Virus record (IMG/VR): IMGVR_UViG_3300032431_000022 | From: a virus | Reading direction: 5' to 3' (one strand) | Length of the DNA stretch: 39,788 nucleotides | In this document: piece by piece, positions 15,814 through 24,392 of the stretch | Layout: every line of letters starts with the position of its first letter | How positions within the stretch are numbered: the first letter of the stretch is position 1 | Made by a program: the position numbers and the translations under genes | The notes under the pieces: generated by a model | The model's input: the letters and a program-made list of their open reading frames with translations, nothing else | What the model was told of the DNA's origin: nothing | The model's database searches: none

Positions 15814-16197
15814 CTAGCTCTCCTTAATCTCTATGCCATGTTGTGCGAGCATTAGCCGCTTCTTTTGCTTGTACACCGCTGTCCGGTAGCCCTTGGAATC
15901 CTCGACCACTTCGAGACCTGTTTTAAGATCGACGTACACAAAATCAGCTATGTACTTTGCGTTGATCACAACCGGGAAAGCGACCTGTCGTCGAAGCCCC
16001 GAAATCTTTCCCGCCCGTATTAATAGTTGCAATTCTTTGTATCGCCGAGCCTCTTTTTTCGAAGCAAACCGAATCCCATCTACCTCTGTAGGTTTTGCGT
16101 GGTACTTATGCTCGCGGGATCCTGACCGCTTCGGTCTGGTCCCCTTTGGCTTTCGATCGCTGAGTAGCTTTGCAAGGATTGTTTTTTGGCGTGTCAT
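15814..16197 (-). CDS. DUF1064-family nuclease-like protein (127 aa)
   Basis: KYHAKPTEVDGIRFASKKEARRYKELQLL...ADFVY...VEDSKG matches the DUF1064 pattern. ATGA overlap with the upstream gene. Confidence 0.75.
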   Translation of the reverse strand: MTRQKTILAKLLSDRKPKGTRPKRSGSREHKYHAKPTEVDGIRFASKKEARRYKELQLLIRAGKISGLRRQVAFPVVINAKYIADFVYVDLKTGLEVVEDSKGYRTAVYKQKKRLMLAQHGIEIKES

Positions 16198-16655
16198 AGA
16201 GCACCTGCCTTTCGCTTGGCAACCCAGCACGGCTTTAGCTCTTTTTTGAGTTCGATCGTTTCCAACCGATCGCGACCGTCGCTCACCGTTATCGTTCGAA
16301 ATTTTGGCGGCATACCGTTGTTTGTTCGTTCAATTCTCTTATCAAAAAAATCAGCAGCAAGCACCGCAGCCCGCAGAGGCGTCAACGCCTCGCCATAGAT
16401 CACTTTGAGCATCTCGCGTCGATTCTCCGGCCAGCAATGCCACTCGTTACGCACCGCACTGTTGAGCCCCGCATCAACGCGTTGACGTTGCAGATCCTGG
16501 TAGACTTCCTCACGATGGATCGCAACCCGCATAGGAGCCTCGACACCCACCTTGACCCGTCCGTCCAGGACATCGCAGACCATCACTTGTATATCATCAC
16601 CGATCCGAATTACCTCACCCCGAGAGCGTCCTAGCACTAACATCACAAAGTCCAT
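16194..16655 (-). CDS. csrA: CsrA-domain protein with an approximately 100-aa C-terminal extension
   Basis: MLVLGRSRGEVIRIGDDIQVMVCDVLDGRVKVGVEAPMRVAIHREEVY is a near-canonical CsrA fold sequence. Start is at 16655 or 16643. Confidence 0.8.
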   Translation of the reverse strand: MDFVMLVLGRSRGEVIRIGDDIQVMVCDVLDGRVKVGVEAPMRVAIHREEVYQDLQRQRVDAGLNSAVRNEWHCWPENRREMLKVIYGEALTPLRAAVLAADFFDKRIERTNNGMPPKFRTITVSDGRDRLETIELKKELKPCWVAKRKAGAL

Positions 16656-16749
16656 TCTGTTAAAAAAACTATCCAAAACACACGGCGACCGAACCCAGTC
16701 GCTAACCTGCCAAAACCACTTGAGCAAGCCATCGAACGACGCGTGTTAG

Positions 16750-16817
16750 TACCGGGCGTCGGATTCGAACCAACGGATGGACTTTCAAGATCCACCTAGC
16801 CACCACGGCCACCCGGC
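16750..16817 (-). tRNA. tRNA-like gene, 68 nt, anticodon UGA, atypical D arm and very short variable region
   Basis: Canonical T arm GTTGG-TTCGAAT-CCGAC. Anticodon arm TGGAT-CTTGAAA-GTCCA. 7-bp acceptor with G.U pairs at both ends. No standard D stem. Confidence 0.45.
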
Positions 16818-16897
16818 AAATGATCATTCCTCGTAAATTGCCCAACAAAAATACATCCAAATCCCAACCGCAAACAGCAACGTAACTTCCATTGTTC

Positions 16898-17410
16898 TCA
16901 GACTCCTATGCAATCAAAATCGGCGTTAAATTGACGCAACATCAAATACATCGATTCGTCGACTTCCTCGTAGAAGTCTTTGACAACAACGACACAGCGA
17001 AAGTCCTGCGACTTGAAAAACAACTGGGCTTGCAGGTTGGTTTCTCGGACCTCGACTGTGATTCGCGAACGTAGGTGATAGGACATTTTGAAACTAAGCC
17101 GCTCGATCATCGCTGATCCGCATCCCTTGCGACGATGCTCGGCATCAACCGCGAAGTTGAGCAAATGTAGATGGCTCTTATGTAGCTCGTAGATCATGTA
17201 GCCAACGATCTTGCCACCGACCTCGCACACCATGCCGATACAGTCCCTCTGCCGCAGAGCCCGAGTAAATTCCGCCTCTGTCCAGGGATGCGAAAACGAG
17301 GCCCGCTCCATCGGAATCACGTATTCTAATAGATCGAGGTGATTCATCCAGCGAACGTAAGGAGTGTGATTCGCAGTTGCCTTTGTCGATTGTTTAACAG
17401 TTCCGATCAT
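16898..17410 (-). CDS. GNAT-family N-acetyltransferase (RimI-like, 170 aa)
   Basis: LLNFAVDAEHRRKGCGSAMIERL (acetyl-CoA motif A) and SFSHPWTEAEF. Confidence 0.8.
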   Translation of the reverse strand: MIGTVKQSTKATANHTPYVRWMNHLDLLEYVIPMERASFSHPWTEAEFTRALRQRDCIGMVCEVGGKIVGYMIYELHKSHLHLLNFAVDAEHRRKGCGSAMIERLSFKMSYHLRSRITVEVRETNLQAQLFFKSQDFRCVVVVKDFYEEVDESMYLMLRQFNADFDCIGV

Positions 17411-17604
17411 TGTTTCACCCAGCTTTTCTTTAACTCATAGGCCACACAGGGGACGCGGCGATAGTCTTCACCGGTCTTTGCTAAAAGAGTATCGCACGCG
17501 TTCGAAATCGCGTGCTGCGAATTGATTCCGTTGGTGTAGATCACCATCGAATCGTTACAAAAGACCACCCGAAACCACTTTGGCTTAACTACCAACGCGA
17601 CCAT
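17407..17604 (-). CDS. Hypothetical protein (65 aa)
   Basis: Internal ATG chosen to limit overlap with the upstream gene. Confidence 0.4.
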   Translation of the reverse strand: MVALVVKPKWFRVVFCNDSMVIYTNGINSQHAISNACDTLLAKTGEDYRRVPCVAYELKKSWVKQ

Positions 17605-17822
17605 GATTTCAAATCCTTTGTTTGTTCGATCTTCGGACCTGCGGGCATCTCTGCCCAGAACCGGACATCGACAGCCAAAAAGCCTTCCGCCGATGTCCAA
17701 ACACCACTATCGAGATAACCAAACCAAACCGACTCACCCAAGGAAGTTGTCTTGACCAAGACCATGATGTCCTCGTCGGGCAGCTCTTTATCAACACTCA
17801 CCCATGTAATCGTTTCGACCAT
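17589..17822 (-). CDS. DUF551-like protein (77 aa)
   Basis: WVSVDKELPDEDIMVLV...WFGY...RFWAEMP follows the DUF551 pattern. Confidence 0.5.
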   Translation of the reverse strand: MVETITWVSVDKELPDEDIMVLVKTTSLGESVWFGYLDSGVWTSAEGFLAVDVRFWAEMPAGPKIEQTKDLKSWSRW

Positions 17823-17852
17823 CGTTCGCTCCTCGTTTAAATTCCATTAAAA

Positions 17853-17892
17853 GTCGGCCTCAAGCCCGCATCCGTACCGGCTTGGAGCCGAC
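17853..17892 (-). terminator. GC-rich hairpin followed by a T-run on the minus strand (attenuator/terminator candidate)
   Basis: gtcggcctcaagcc / ggcttggagccgac, a 14-nt stem (10 pairs, central 4-nt internal loop) with a 12-nt loop. The minus strand continues ttttaa. Lies between the first and second early genes. Confidence 0.45.
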
Positions 17893-17926
17893 AGCAATAC
17901 CCGCCACCGTTGACGGGGAAGATCAG

Positions 17927-18238
17927 TTACGCCATCTTTCGAAAAATGCTCCGTGATTTGTAAACACGGGCTTGATTACGACCCAGTACTCGGCCAGCGC
18001 GAATCAGCCGGGCTTCGTAGATAGCGGCCTCGCGAGTAGTCTTTTTGGCTCGCTCGGTTCGGTATGCGTAGTAACAAGATGTGCAAAGTCCAAGCTTAGT
18101 GGCTGGCTTGCTGCACTCACAACCTTTCGAGTCGGTTCCTAGGCAAAGCCCAGTCTCAACACGTTCCCGAACTCGGGTAATGACTCTGGCCGCAGCGCGA
18201 CAATCTAAAACCATGATCAACTCTTCTGTAGGGTCCAT
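17927..18238 (-). CDS. First early-operon gene, Cys-rich hypothetical protein (103 aa)
   Basis: Start at the MDPTEE internal ATG. Divergent from the gene at 18444. Confidence 0.5.
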   Translation of the reverse strand: MDPTEELIMVLDCRAAARVITRVRERVETGLCLGTDSKGCECSKPATKLGLCTSCYYAYRTERAKKTTREAAIYEARLIRAGRVLGRNQARVYKSRSIFRKMA

Positions 18239-18443
18239 TGCTATGCCTTTCAAGTAAGTAACTGAAAAGCATCTTGCATCAATCCATGTCCAAATCCAGG
18301 ACGAATGCAAATGTACGTAGGGTGTGTGCATACGTCAATAACATTTATTCGCAAAACATACAATGTTTGCACACAGAGTGGACGCAAAGCCTTGCACGCC
18401 AAATGCTTATTGACTTTGAAGAATTTTTTGGGAAAGTGTCTGC

Positions 18444-18821
18444 ATGTCTAAACCTAAAGTGCTGATCCCAACACAAAAACTAAACGAACTGGCGGATTTC
18501 CTCGACTTACTTGCTGAGATTGCGAGGAAAGCAACCGGGGATCACGAGGCCGCAGCTACCGGTGGCGTTGATATGGATGGATGGCCGACTTTGATCAGAG
18601 GGCTTGAGTACGTCAAAGACCAGATGATTAAAATCGCTGGTCCGGCAAGCAAGGTTCACTTGTTGGAGCCTGCGGCGTTATTGCTGCCAGATCAGTCAAT
18701 CGAAAAGACTAAAACCAATCGAAAACGGAAGACTGTTAAAGTAGCTACGCAAGCGTTACAGGCTGCGGAATCGAAGGCAAATTACGATTCCAAGCCGCGA
18801 AAGAAGGCTCGCGGCCCGTAG
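18444..18821 (+). CDS. Hypothetical protein (125 aa), first gene of the lysogeny-side operon
   Basis: ORF with a basic C-terminus. No motif recognised. Confidence 0.5.
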   Translation: MSKPKVLIPTQKLNELADFLDLLAEIARKATGDHEAAATGGVDMDGWPTLIRGLEYVKDQMIKIAGPASKVHLLEPAALLLPDQSIEKTKTNRKRKTVKVATQALQAAESKANYDSKPRKKARGP

Positions 18822-19088
18822 GCCACAGAATTGGAACGCACATTTGTAATTGAAGATCATTCGACTTCGCCCATCGATTCCAGACACGCTTTGACTGTGA
18901 TCGAGATAATCCAAAATGGATCGCTGTAAATTGATAGTTTGATGTATTGTAAACCCACAAATCGTAGTTCATGTTTACCCCAAGTTTCAAAGTTGTTACT
19001 AATTAAGAAAGATGGTGCTAGTTTGTTCACTCAATTGACACGTCTGGTCACAACGGTTGCTAATTCTGTGCCGATTGTCGTTAATAAA

Positions 19089-19601
19089 ATGTTGATAGGG
19101 ACTGCGTTAGCTGCGGGATTTGCAGGGTGTAATGCAAAACCGGAGATCTTGCAGAAAAATGAAGTTATTGAGTCATCCTCAACGCTTGCAGATCCAGTTG
19201 CCGCACGAAGTTTTGTAAAGACGAAGCGGCTTGATGGTATTCCAGACAACACATCTATCGCTGTCAAAGGTCAAACACTTGCTGTCGAGCGCGGGTTTGG
19301 AACTTCGACGATTACGTTGAATGTAGTTTTTACAAAGTCGACGTCTGCTCACGCGATTATCGCCATGAGTCCAGATGTTTGGAAATCGGTATCGATTGAC
19401 GGACTGCCCGACTTGTCTGCACAAGTAGAGCGATTGATAAACAACTCAGAATGGTTGCAGCCCGAAAGCGGCACACATTGGACACTGTCAGAACCAAACG
19501 GAGTATGGGTAACCAAGATTGGAATAAACCTTGCGCCAGTATCGTATCCTGGTCCAGTGTTAATCTTTGATTTCGAAGTTTTAGGCGCAAACGAAAAATG
19601 A
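19089..19601 (+). CDS. Lipoprotein (170 aa)
   Basis: MLIGTALAAGFAGC is a signal peptide with a lipobox. The earlier ORF-track start was rejected. Confidence 0.6.
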   Translation: MLIGTALAAGFAGCNAKPEILQKNEVIESSSTLADPVAARSFVKTKRLDGIPDNTSIAVKGQTLAVERGFGTSTITLNVVFTKSTSAHAIIAMSPDVWKSVSIDGLPDLSAQVERLINNSEWLQPESGTHWTLSEPNGVWVTKIGINLAPVSYPGPVLIFDFEVLGANEK

Positions 19602-20071
19602 TTACAGCAACATCAACACAAATCGTCTGTGACAAATGCGGGCACGCTCATACGGTCAAGGGCGATCTCCCTATTGGCCGGATGGCGAGATGTGCGGGAT
19701 GCAAGCAGATGTTTTTAGTCAATGCACCGCGTATTGAGCCAGTTGCGGAAGCTTCACCAGCCATCCAAACACCCAAGCAAATACAGCCGAAAGGCTATCC
19801 GTGGTTGGCTCTAGCGGATTCGGTCGTTTATTTTTGTTTAATGGGTGCATTGGTCGTTTTAATTGGTTTCATGATGGCGAGTCCGATCAACGTCAGTCCT
19901 GATAAGTTCAAGGCAGACAATGCTTACGGTGCCACGGCTAACGCTGTTGAGCGAATTGAAAAAACGATCAGCAAGTTTGTAGGGATTGTTTATTTTATGG
20001 TTAGTGTTTGGATTATTTCGAAGTGGCATAGACATTTGAGTCGTCATCAAATGGACAAGTCGTCCACTTGA
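19598..20071 (+). CDS. Zinc-ribbon membrane protein (157 aa)
   Basis: CDKCGH...CAGCKQ zinc ribbon followed by two hydrophobic segments. Confidence 0.6.
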   Translation: MITATSTQIVCDKCGHAHTVKGDLPIGRMARCAGCKQMFLVNAPRIEPVAEASPAIQTPKQIQPKGYPWLALADSVVYFCLMGALVVLIGFMMASPINVSPDKFKADNAYGATANAVERIEKTISKFVGIVYFMVSVWIISKWHRHLSRHQMDKSST

Positions 20072-20146
20072 CTATCATTGCCGACTCAGCAATACTCCCA
20101 TCAGCAATACCCGCTGCCGCTACTCCTTGGATTGGATTAGCCCAGC

Positions 20147-20374
20147 ATGTCTCAGATCATCGATCACCCACAACTCGTCGATTCGCAAGGATCGACGATT
20201 ATCTACCAATCGATCCAGAAACTCGCGTACACTCGTCGCGAGGCGTCTAAGGTGACTGGCGTGTCTCTCAATCAGATCAAAGAGGCCGTTTCGATTGGCG
20301 AACTCAAAGCCAAAAAGAAGGGCCGCGAATGGATCATCACTGCTGCTGATTTGATCGCCTGGGTGGCTTCGTGA
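20147..20374 (+). CDS. xis: Excisionase-family HTH DNA-binding protein (75 aa)
   Basis: YTRREASKVTGVSLNQIKEAVSIGELKAKKKGREWIITAADLIAWV follows the Xis/MerR-type HTH pattern. Overlaps the int start. Confidence 0.65.
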   Translation: MSQIIDHPQLVDSQGSTIIYQSIQKLAYTRREASKVTGVSLNQIKEAVSIGELKAKKKGREWIITAADLIAWVAS

Positions 20375-21543
20375 CTTGTGTGTACCACGACGCCAACAAG
20401 GACGGTTGGCGGCTGGAAACATGGATCAGAGGCGTAAAGCGTAAGCTGTGGCTTGGGGCGATCTCCAAAGGAGCCGCTGCGAAAGTACGCGAAAACGTAC
20501 ACGCCTTGAAGCTCGCGGCGGAAACTGGCACCGCTCCCGAGCCACACGTTGCCAAGTGGGCCGCTGCAGTTGGTAAGCGATTGGCAGACCAGCTCGCTAA
20601 GTTGGGGCTTATCCTGCCTCGTGGCGAATGTGCTGCGTCGTTCACAGTCGAAACTTTGATGGATCGATACTTAGCGACCGAGCGAAACAAATCTTGGTCG
20701 GCATCGTATCGCGGTACATTCGAAAAGCTCAAGCAAGAGTTTGGGGATTACTTTGGCCAAGTCACGATTGATCGGATCACCGATTCGCACGCTAAAGACT
20801 TTGCCGCGAAAGTATATTCCGAGTTTGCTGAGAGTACCGCTGGAAGCAAGGTAAAGCGGGCTCGGCAATTGTTCGCCTTTGCGATCGACCTGCGATTGAT
20901 CGATAGTAATCCATTCCGCGCGGTTAAGGTAAAGACCGGTATCGACAAGACTAGGAAGGCTTACATCACACTAGACGCTGCCGAATTGATCCTAGACAGG
21001 CTACCAGACCAGCTCTGGCGAACGATCTTTACCTTTGCTCGGTTTGGAGGCGTCCGCATCCCCAGCGAGATCCTAACGCTCAAGTGGACCGCTATTGACT
21101 GGCATAACCACCGTATCACTATCACCTCACCCAAGGGCCGTAACTACGCGCACAGGGCAACTAGGGTAATACCGATGGTCCCAATGCTCAAGGATGCACT
21201 GACTGCATTGCATAGCCTAGCACCCGAGGGGGCTGTCTGGGTGTGCGATCGCTACCGGTCGACTAGCAGTTCCCAGTTCCGTAAGCCCTTGCTCCAGGCC
21301 ATCGAGAAGGCGGCGCTAGAGGCATGGCCCAAGCTGTACGTCAACCTTCGTGCGTCATGTCGTACAGACATGCTGAAGAAATTCGAACCACACATCGTCG
21401 ACGATTGGCTCGGACATGATGGCGCGGTAGGAAGTAAGCACTACGACCGCATCACTGAGGCTGATTTCGCTAAGGCCACCGCCCCCACAATCGCCCCCAC
21501 GTTATCAAAAAGCACTAGAAAAACCAGCAAAAAGCACGAATGA
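20371..21543 (+). CDS. int: Phage tyrosine integrase (390 aa)
   Basis: RFGGVRIPSEILTLKW (Arg box), LRASCRTD and WLGHDGAVGSKHY at the C-terminus. Preceded by Xis. Confidence 0.8.
   Translation: MTCVYHDANKDGWRLETWIRGVKRKLWLGAISKGAAAKVRENVHALKLAAETGTAPEPHVAKWAAAVGKRLADQLAKLGLILPRGECAASFTVETLMDRYLATERNKSWSASYRGTFEKLKQEFGDYFGQVTIDRITDSHAKDFAAKVYSEFAESTAGSKVKRARQLFAFAIDLRLIDSNPFRAVKVKTGIDKTRKAYITLDAAELILDRLPDQLWRTIFTFARFGGVRIPSEILTLKWTAIDWHNHRITITSPKGRNYAHRATRVIPMVPMLKDALTALHSLAPEGAVWVCDRYRSTSSSQFRKPLLQAIEKAALEAWPKLYVNLRASCRTDMLKKFEPHIVDDWLGHDGAVGSKHYDRITEADFAKATAPTIAPTLSKSTRKTSKKHE
21477..21501 (+). repeat. 25-bp direct repeat copy 1 (inside the int 3' end)
   Basis: caccgcccccacaatcgcccccacg, 24/25 identical to 21662-21686. 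Confidence 0.9.
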
Positions 21544-21661
21544 AGTAGCCCCAGTAGGACTCGTAAGGACACCATCAAAACACTCGAAACCCTTGTAATC
21601 GTTGGGTATCGACCACGTTGACAGCACCGACACAGGCCGCTCAAACAGGCTGAAATGGGCT

Positions 21662-21686
21662 CACCGCCCCCACCATCGCCCCCACG
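21662..21686 (+). repeat. 25-bp direct repeat copy 2 (int-terL intergenic, attP candidate region)
   Basis: caccgcccccaccatcgcccccacg. Confidence 0.9.
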
Positions 21687-21796
21687 CCTGCCATTTTGGC
21701 GGGTCCTTCCCCGGATCCCGAGCGCGCGAGGCGAAGCCTGACGTTCGAAGGCTTTTTATACGCACGCTATCCCCGCTGGGGAGGGGGGAAGGAACT

Positions 21797-23794
21797 TTAG
21801 CTCGTGCTCCAGGATTCCGGGTGATCGGAATCGTCGGTGCGAGCACGCTCGGGTGACCATCCGGAGCGGAGAGCGGCTGTCGCGGCGTAGGCTGTCGCGT
21901 CGAGGTAGTGGTTGGCTCCCTTTTTGATCCAGCGTTGGGTGGGCGGTTGGCCGGGGATCTCCTCGGTGATCAGTTGCTCGCTCGTCAGGTGCTTGGCAAT
22001 CCGTTTGTGGACCGAGTGGGGACCGGCGAACAGTGAGAGCGAGCCGGAGGTTGAGAGTGGTAGCCCAAGGCCGGACAGGACCAGCAATTTCATGGCATCG
22101 GAGTCTAGCGTAAGCTGGTCGATGCCCGCGCGACGCACTCGCGAGACGTGCCAACGTCCAGAACGATCGATCTCTCGGACTGTATTCCCGGTCTTAGTTG
22201 GCAACGAATAGCGGCGACGTTCCATCTGTGTCATCCCACGACCCAGAATTGGGAGCATGGCGACCGTGGAATCTAGCTCTCGGCACGCGTCGAAGACCGC
22301 ATCGGGCTGGAATCCGGAGTCAATGTAGGCTGCGTCGAGCGGTATCTTTTGGTTTGTGTTATCTCGCGATACGCCAGCAGCGAATTGTGTCACGATGTCG
22401 ACGATGCACGAACGGATTGCGTCACGAAGCGATCGCTCTTTGGCCGGTACGTCTGCGGTGCCGTAGTCGATGATGTGCAGCGACTGACACTCGCGAAACG
22501 CGGCCAGTACCCAGTGGCATTGCTTCTCGCCGACGTCGACGCCGAGCACAATCTTTATCGTGTCCTCTGGTGCGATGCCTCGGGGTATCTTTAATCGTCG
22601 ATCTTCGACCGCATCGACGCTCACTATGTCGGTTTGCGTATGGATTGGTGGGGTGTATGTGGTCCCAAACACGAATTGGCATAGCTCTTTCTCGGCAGAT
22701 TCTCTCGCTGTTGATTCCGGCTCGAGTTGATTCGCGGCCCAGCAGTCATATCCGATGTCGCCAGCAGTTAAAAATAGATTGTGAAACGCGTTGTACTGGA
22801 AATAAAGTCGCGTCGTTGGGGGTAAATCGCCAGTGATTTCGCCTCGCTTGTTGATTGTTTGCCCGCGATGGATCAGCTTTGCGGCCAGCAACATCTCTCG
22901 TCGGTCGGTCTCTGTGAATGCCTCTCCACATTTGTTGCAGTGCCATGCGGATTTGTCGCGGGCTTGGATTTCGTTTTGTGCGTCTTGCCATCCGTGGAGA
23001 TCGTCGCGAATGGGTAGAATCCACTCGCCACAGTGGAGGCACTCAACGCGGATCTCCGATTGTGAGGATGCCTCCTTAAGCGAGTGGGGCAGCATCTGCT
23101 CTGTGGCGTTGGTCCCCTCCAGGAATATACGCCGCGACTCTCTGGTTGCAGCTCGCAATCGTGCCAGGATCTGCCGTAGAGGGTCGGATTCGACGCTTTT
23201 CGCCGAAGCTTCGGAGAATGCCGCTATCTCCGTGGCACATAGAACGCGGGCCGTGTATCCGGCTTTTGATTGATCGCTACCACCAGCGGCCATAATCTTT
23301 AGCACAGCGCCGTTGGCGAGCGTCACACGATCGCGAATTGTACCACCAGAGGATCCAGGACCGCGTACAGGTAGCAGCCGACGCAACCTTGGCGATGCCT
23401 CCAGCACTGGCCGGATGTCGGCCTCCCATTTGTCAGCAGCCATCTCGTCGATCGGAACCGAGAAGATAAGTTTTTCGTTTAGCTCGCACGAATGATAGAG
23501 CAGCGGAGCAACGTATCCGGCCAGTGATTTCCCCGACTGCGATGGTCCGGTGAAGACATGCTCTACCCAGCGACCGCTATCAATTTCGTCGACCCACAGC
23601 GAGACAATCGGCTGTCGTTCGAATCGGAACTTTTCGCCAACGTAAGGGCCATCGGGGACGCGGAATTCGTCGGTCATCCACTGTCGCATCGTGCGAGGCG
23701 GAGATCCGATACCGGCGCGGATTGCAATAGCGAGCAGTGCCCCCGCGTTGACGGGCGAGTACGAAGTCAATTCAGAGCGAGAGCGATCCACCAT
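21797..23794 (-). CDS. terL: Terminase large subunit, GpA (lambda A) family (665 aa)
   Basis: Walker A FTGPSQSGKS. Zinc-finger pair CLHCGEW...WHCNKCGE, typical of GpA-type terminases. Size and position fit. Confidence 0.85.
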   Translation of the reverse strand: MVDRSRSELTSYSPVNAGALLAIAIRAGIGSPPRTMRQWMTDEFRVPDGPYVGEKFRFERQPIVSLWVDEIDSGRWVEHVFTGPSQSGKSLAGYVAPLLYHSCELNEKLIFSVPIDEMAADKWEADIRPVLEASPRLRRLLPVRGPGSSGGTIRDRVTLANGAVLKIMAAGGSDQSKAGYTARVLCATEIAAFSEASAKSVESDPLRQILARLRAATRESRRIFLEGTNATEQMLPHSLKEASSQSEIRVECLHCGEWILPIRDDLHGWQDAQNEIQARDKSAWHCNKCGEAFTETDRREMLLAAKLIHRGQTINKRGEITGDLPPTTRLYFQYNAFHNLFLTAGDIGYDCWAANQLEPESTARESAEKELCQFVFGTTYTPPIHTQTDIVSVDAVEDRRLKIPRGIAPEDTIKIVLGVDVGEKQCHWVLAAFRECQSLHIIDYGTADVPAKERSLRDAIRSCIVDIVTQFAAGVSRDNTNQKIPLDAAYIDSGFQPDAVFDACRELDSTVAMLPILGRGMTQMERRRYSLPTKTGNTVREIDRSGRWHVSRVRRAGIDQLTLDSDAMKLLVLSGLGLPLSTSGSLSLFAGPHSVHKRIAKHLTSEQLITEEIPGQPPTQRWIKKGANHYLDATAYAATAALRSGWSPERARTDDSDHPESWSTS
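23274..23450. repeat. terL internal segment duplicated at 24393-24569
   Basis: 170/177 identical, read directly. Confidence 0.95.
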
Positions 23795-24392
23795 CTAATT
23801 CAACCGCCATGTTTTCGAGAAATTCATTGAGTGCTAACTGACTTTCGGATCCACCAACACGATGCAACCGAGATCCAAGTGCTTGGAGTTGGCCGGACAG
23901 CCAGCTCAGTCTATCGGCTACATCTTCGCGAGACACAAGTTGATTCATTCGCGTCTTGATGTCGATGTCTAAGATCTCAGATTGACGCTTGAGCTTGACT
24001 ATTTCTTGCTTGAGTTTTTCCCGCTCAAGCTCGATCTCGTCGACGTCATCCAGTTCCGTAGCCGTTGCGGCCAGTTCGATAACTTTAGTGTGCAACGCGT
24101 TGATTGCGGCAAACAAATTGATAACAGGTCCGTTAATTGGTATCGAGTATTTAATACCGAACTCGTCTATGCTTTTATTTCTCCGACCTGCAAGATCGCA
24201 GTAGATTGTCTTTGGGACTTCGCGAAGCAGTTCGTTTCGGTAGGACGCTTTTTGTCGGCTTATGAACGAGTTGACGAACGCGGCTTCTTTGATTGTCAAC
24301 GGCGTCTCCTCAAGCTCTTTAGTGCAAAGCTTGTGGTATCGCAAAGCCTCCTGCTTTAGTTGCTCTTCGTTTTTGTCGGAGTGCGAAGTCAT
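23772..24392 (-). CDS. Terminase small subunit candidate (206 aa)
   Basis: Immediately upstream of terL and overlapping it. Coiled-coil C-terminal half. Positional call. Confidence 0.45.
   Translation of the reverse strand: MTSHSDKNEEQLKQEALRYHKLCTKELEETPLTIKEAAFVNSFISRQKASYRNELLREVPKTIYCDLAGRRNKSIDEFGIKYSIPINGPVINLFAAINALHTKVIELAATATELDDVDEIELEREKLKQEIVKLKRQSEILDIDIKTRMNQLVSREDVADRLSWLSGQLQALGSRLHRVGGSESQLALNEFLENMAVELDGGSLSL

Noticed and set aside
16750-16817. tRNA-like element as the attP core for either recombinase
   Set aside because: It lies more than 3.5 kb from int and 8 kb from intI, inside the early operon. It carries both acceptor strands rather than only a 3' half. This cannot be fully excluded without the integrated form.
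18745-18990. 81-aa minus-strand ORF in the lysogeny-side spacer
   Set aside because: It overlaps the 3' end of the plus-strand gene at 18444-18821, has no recognisable motif or ribosome-binding site, and lies in an AT-rich spacer where random ORFs are likely.
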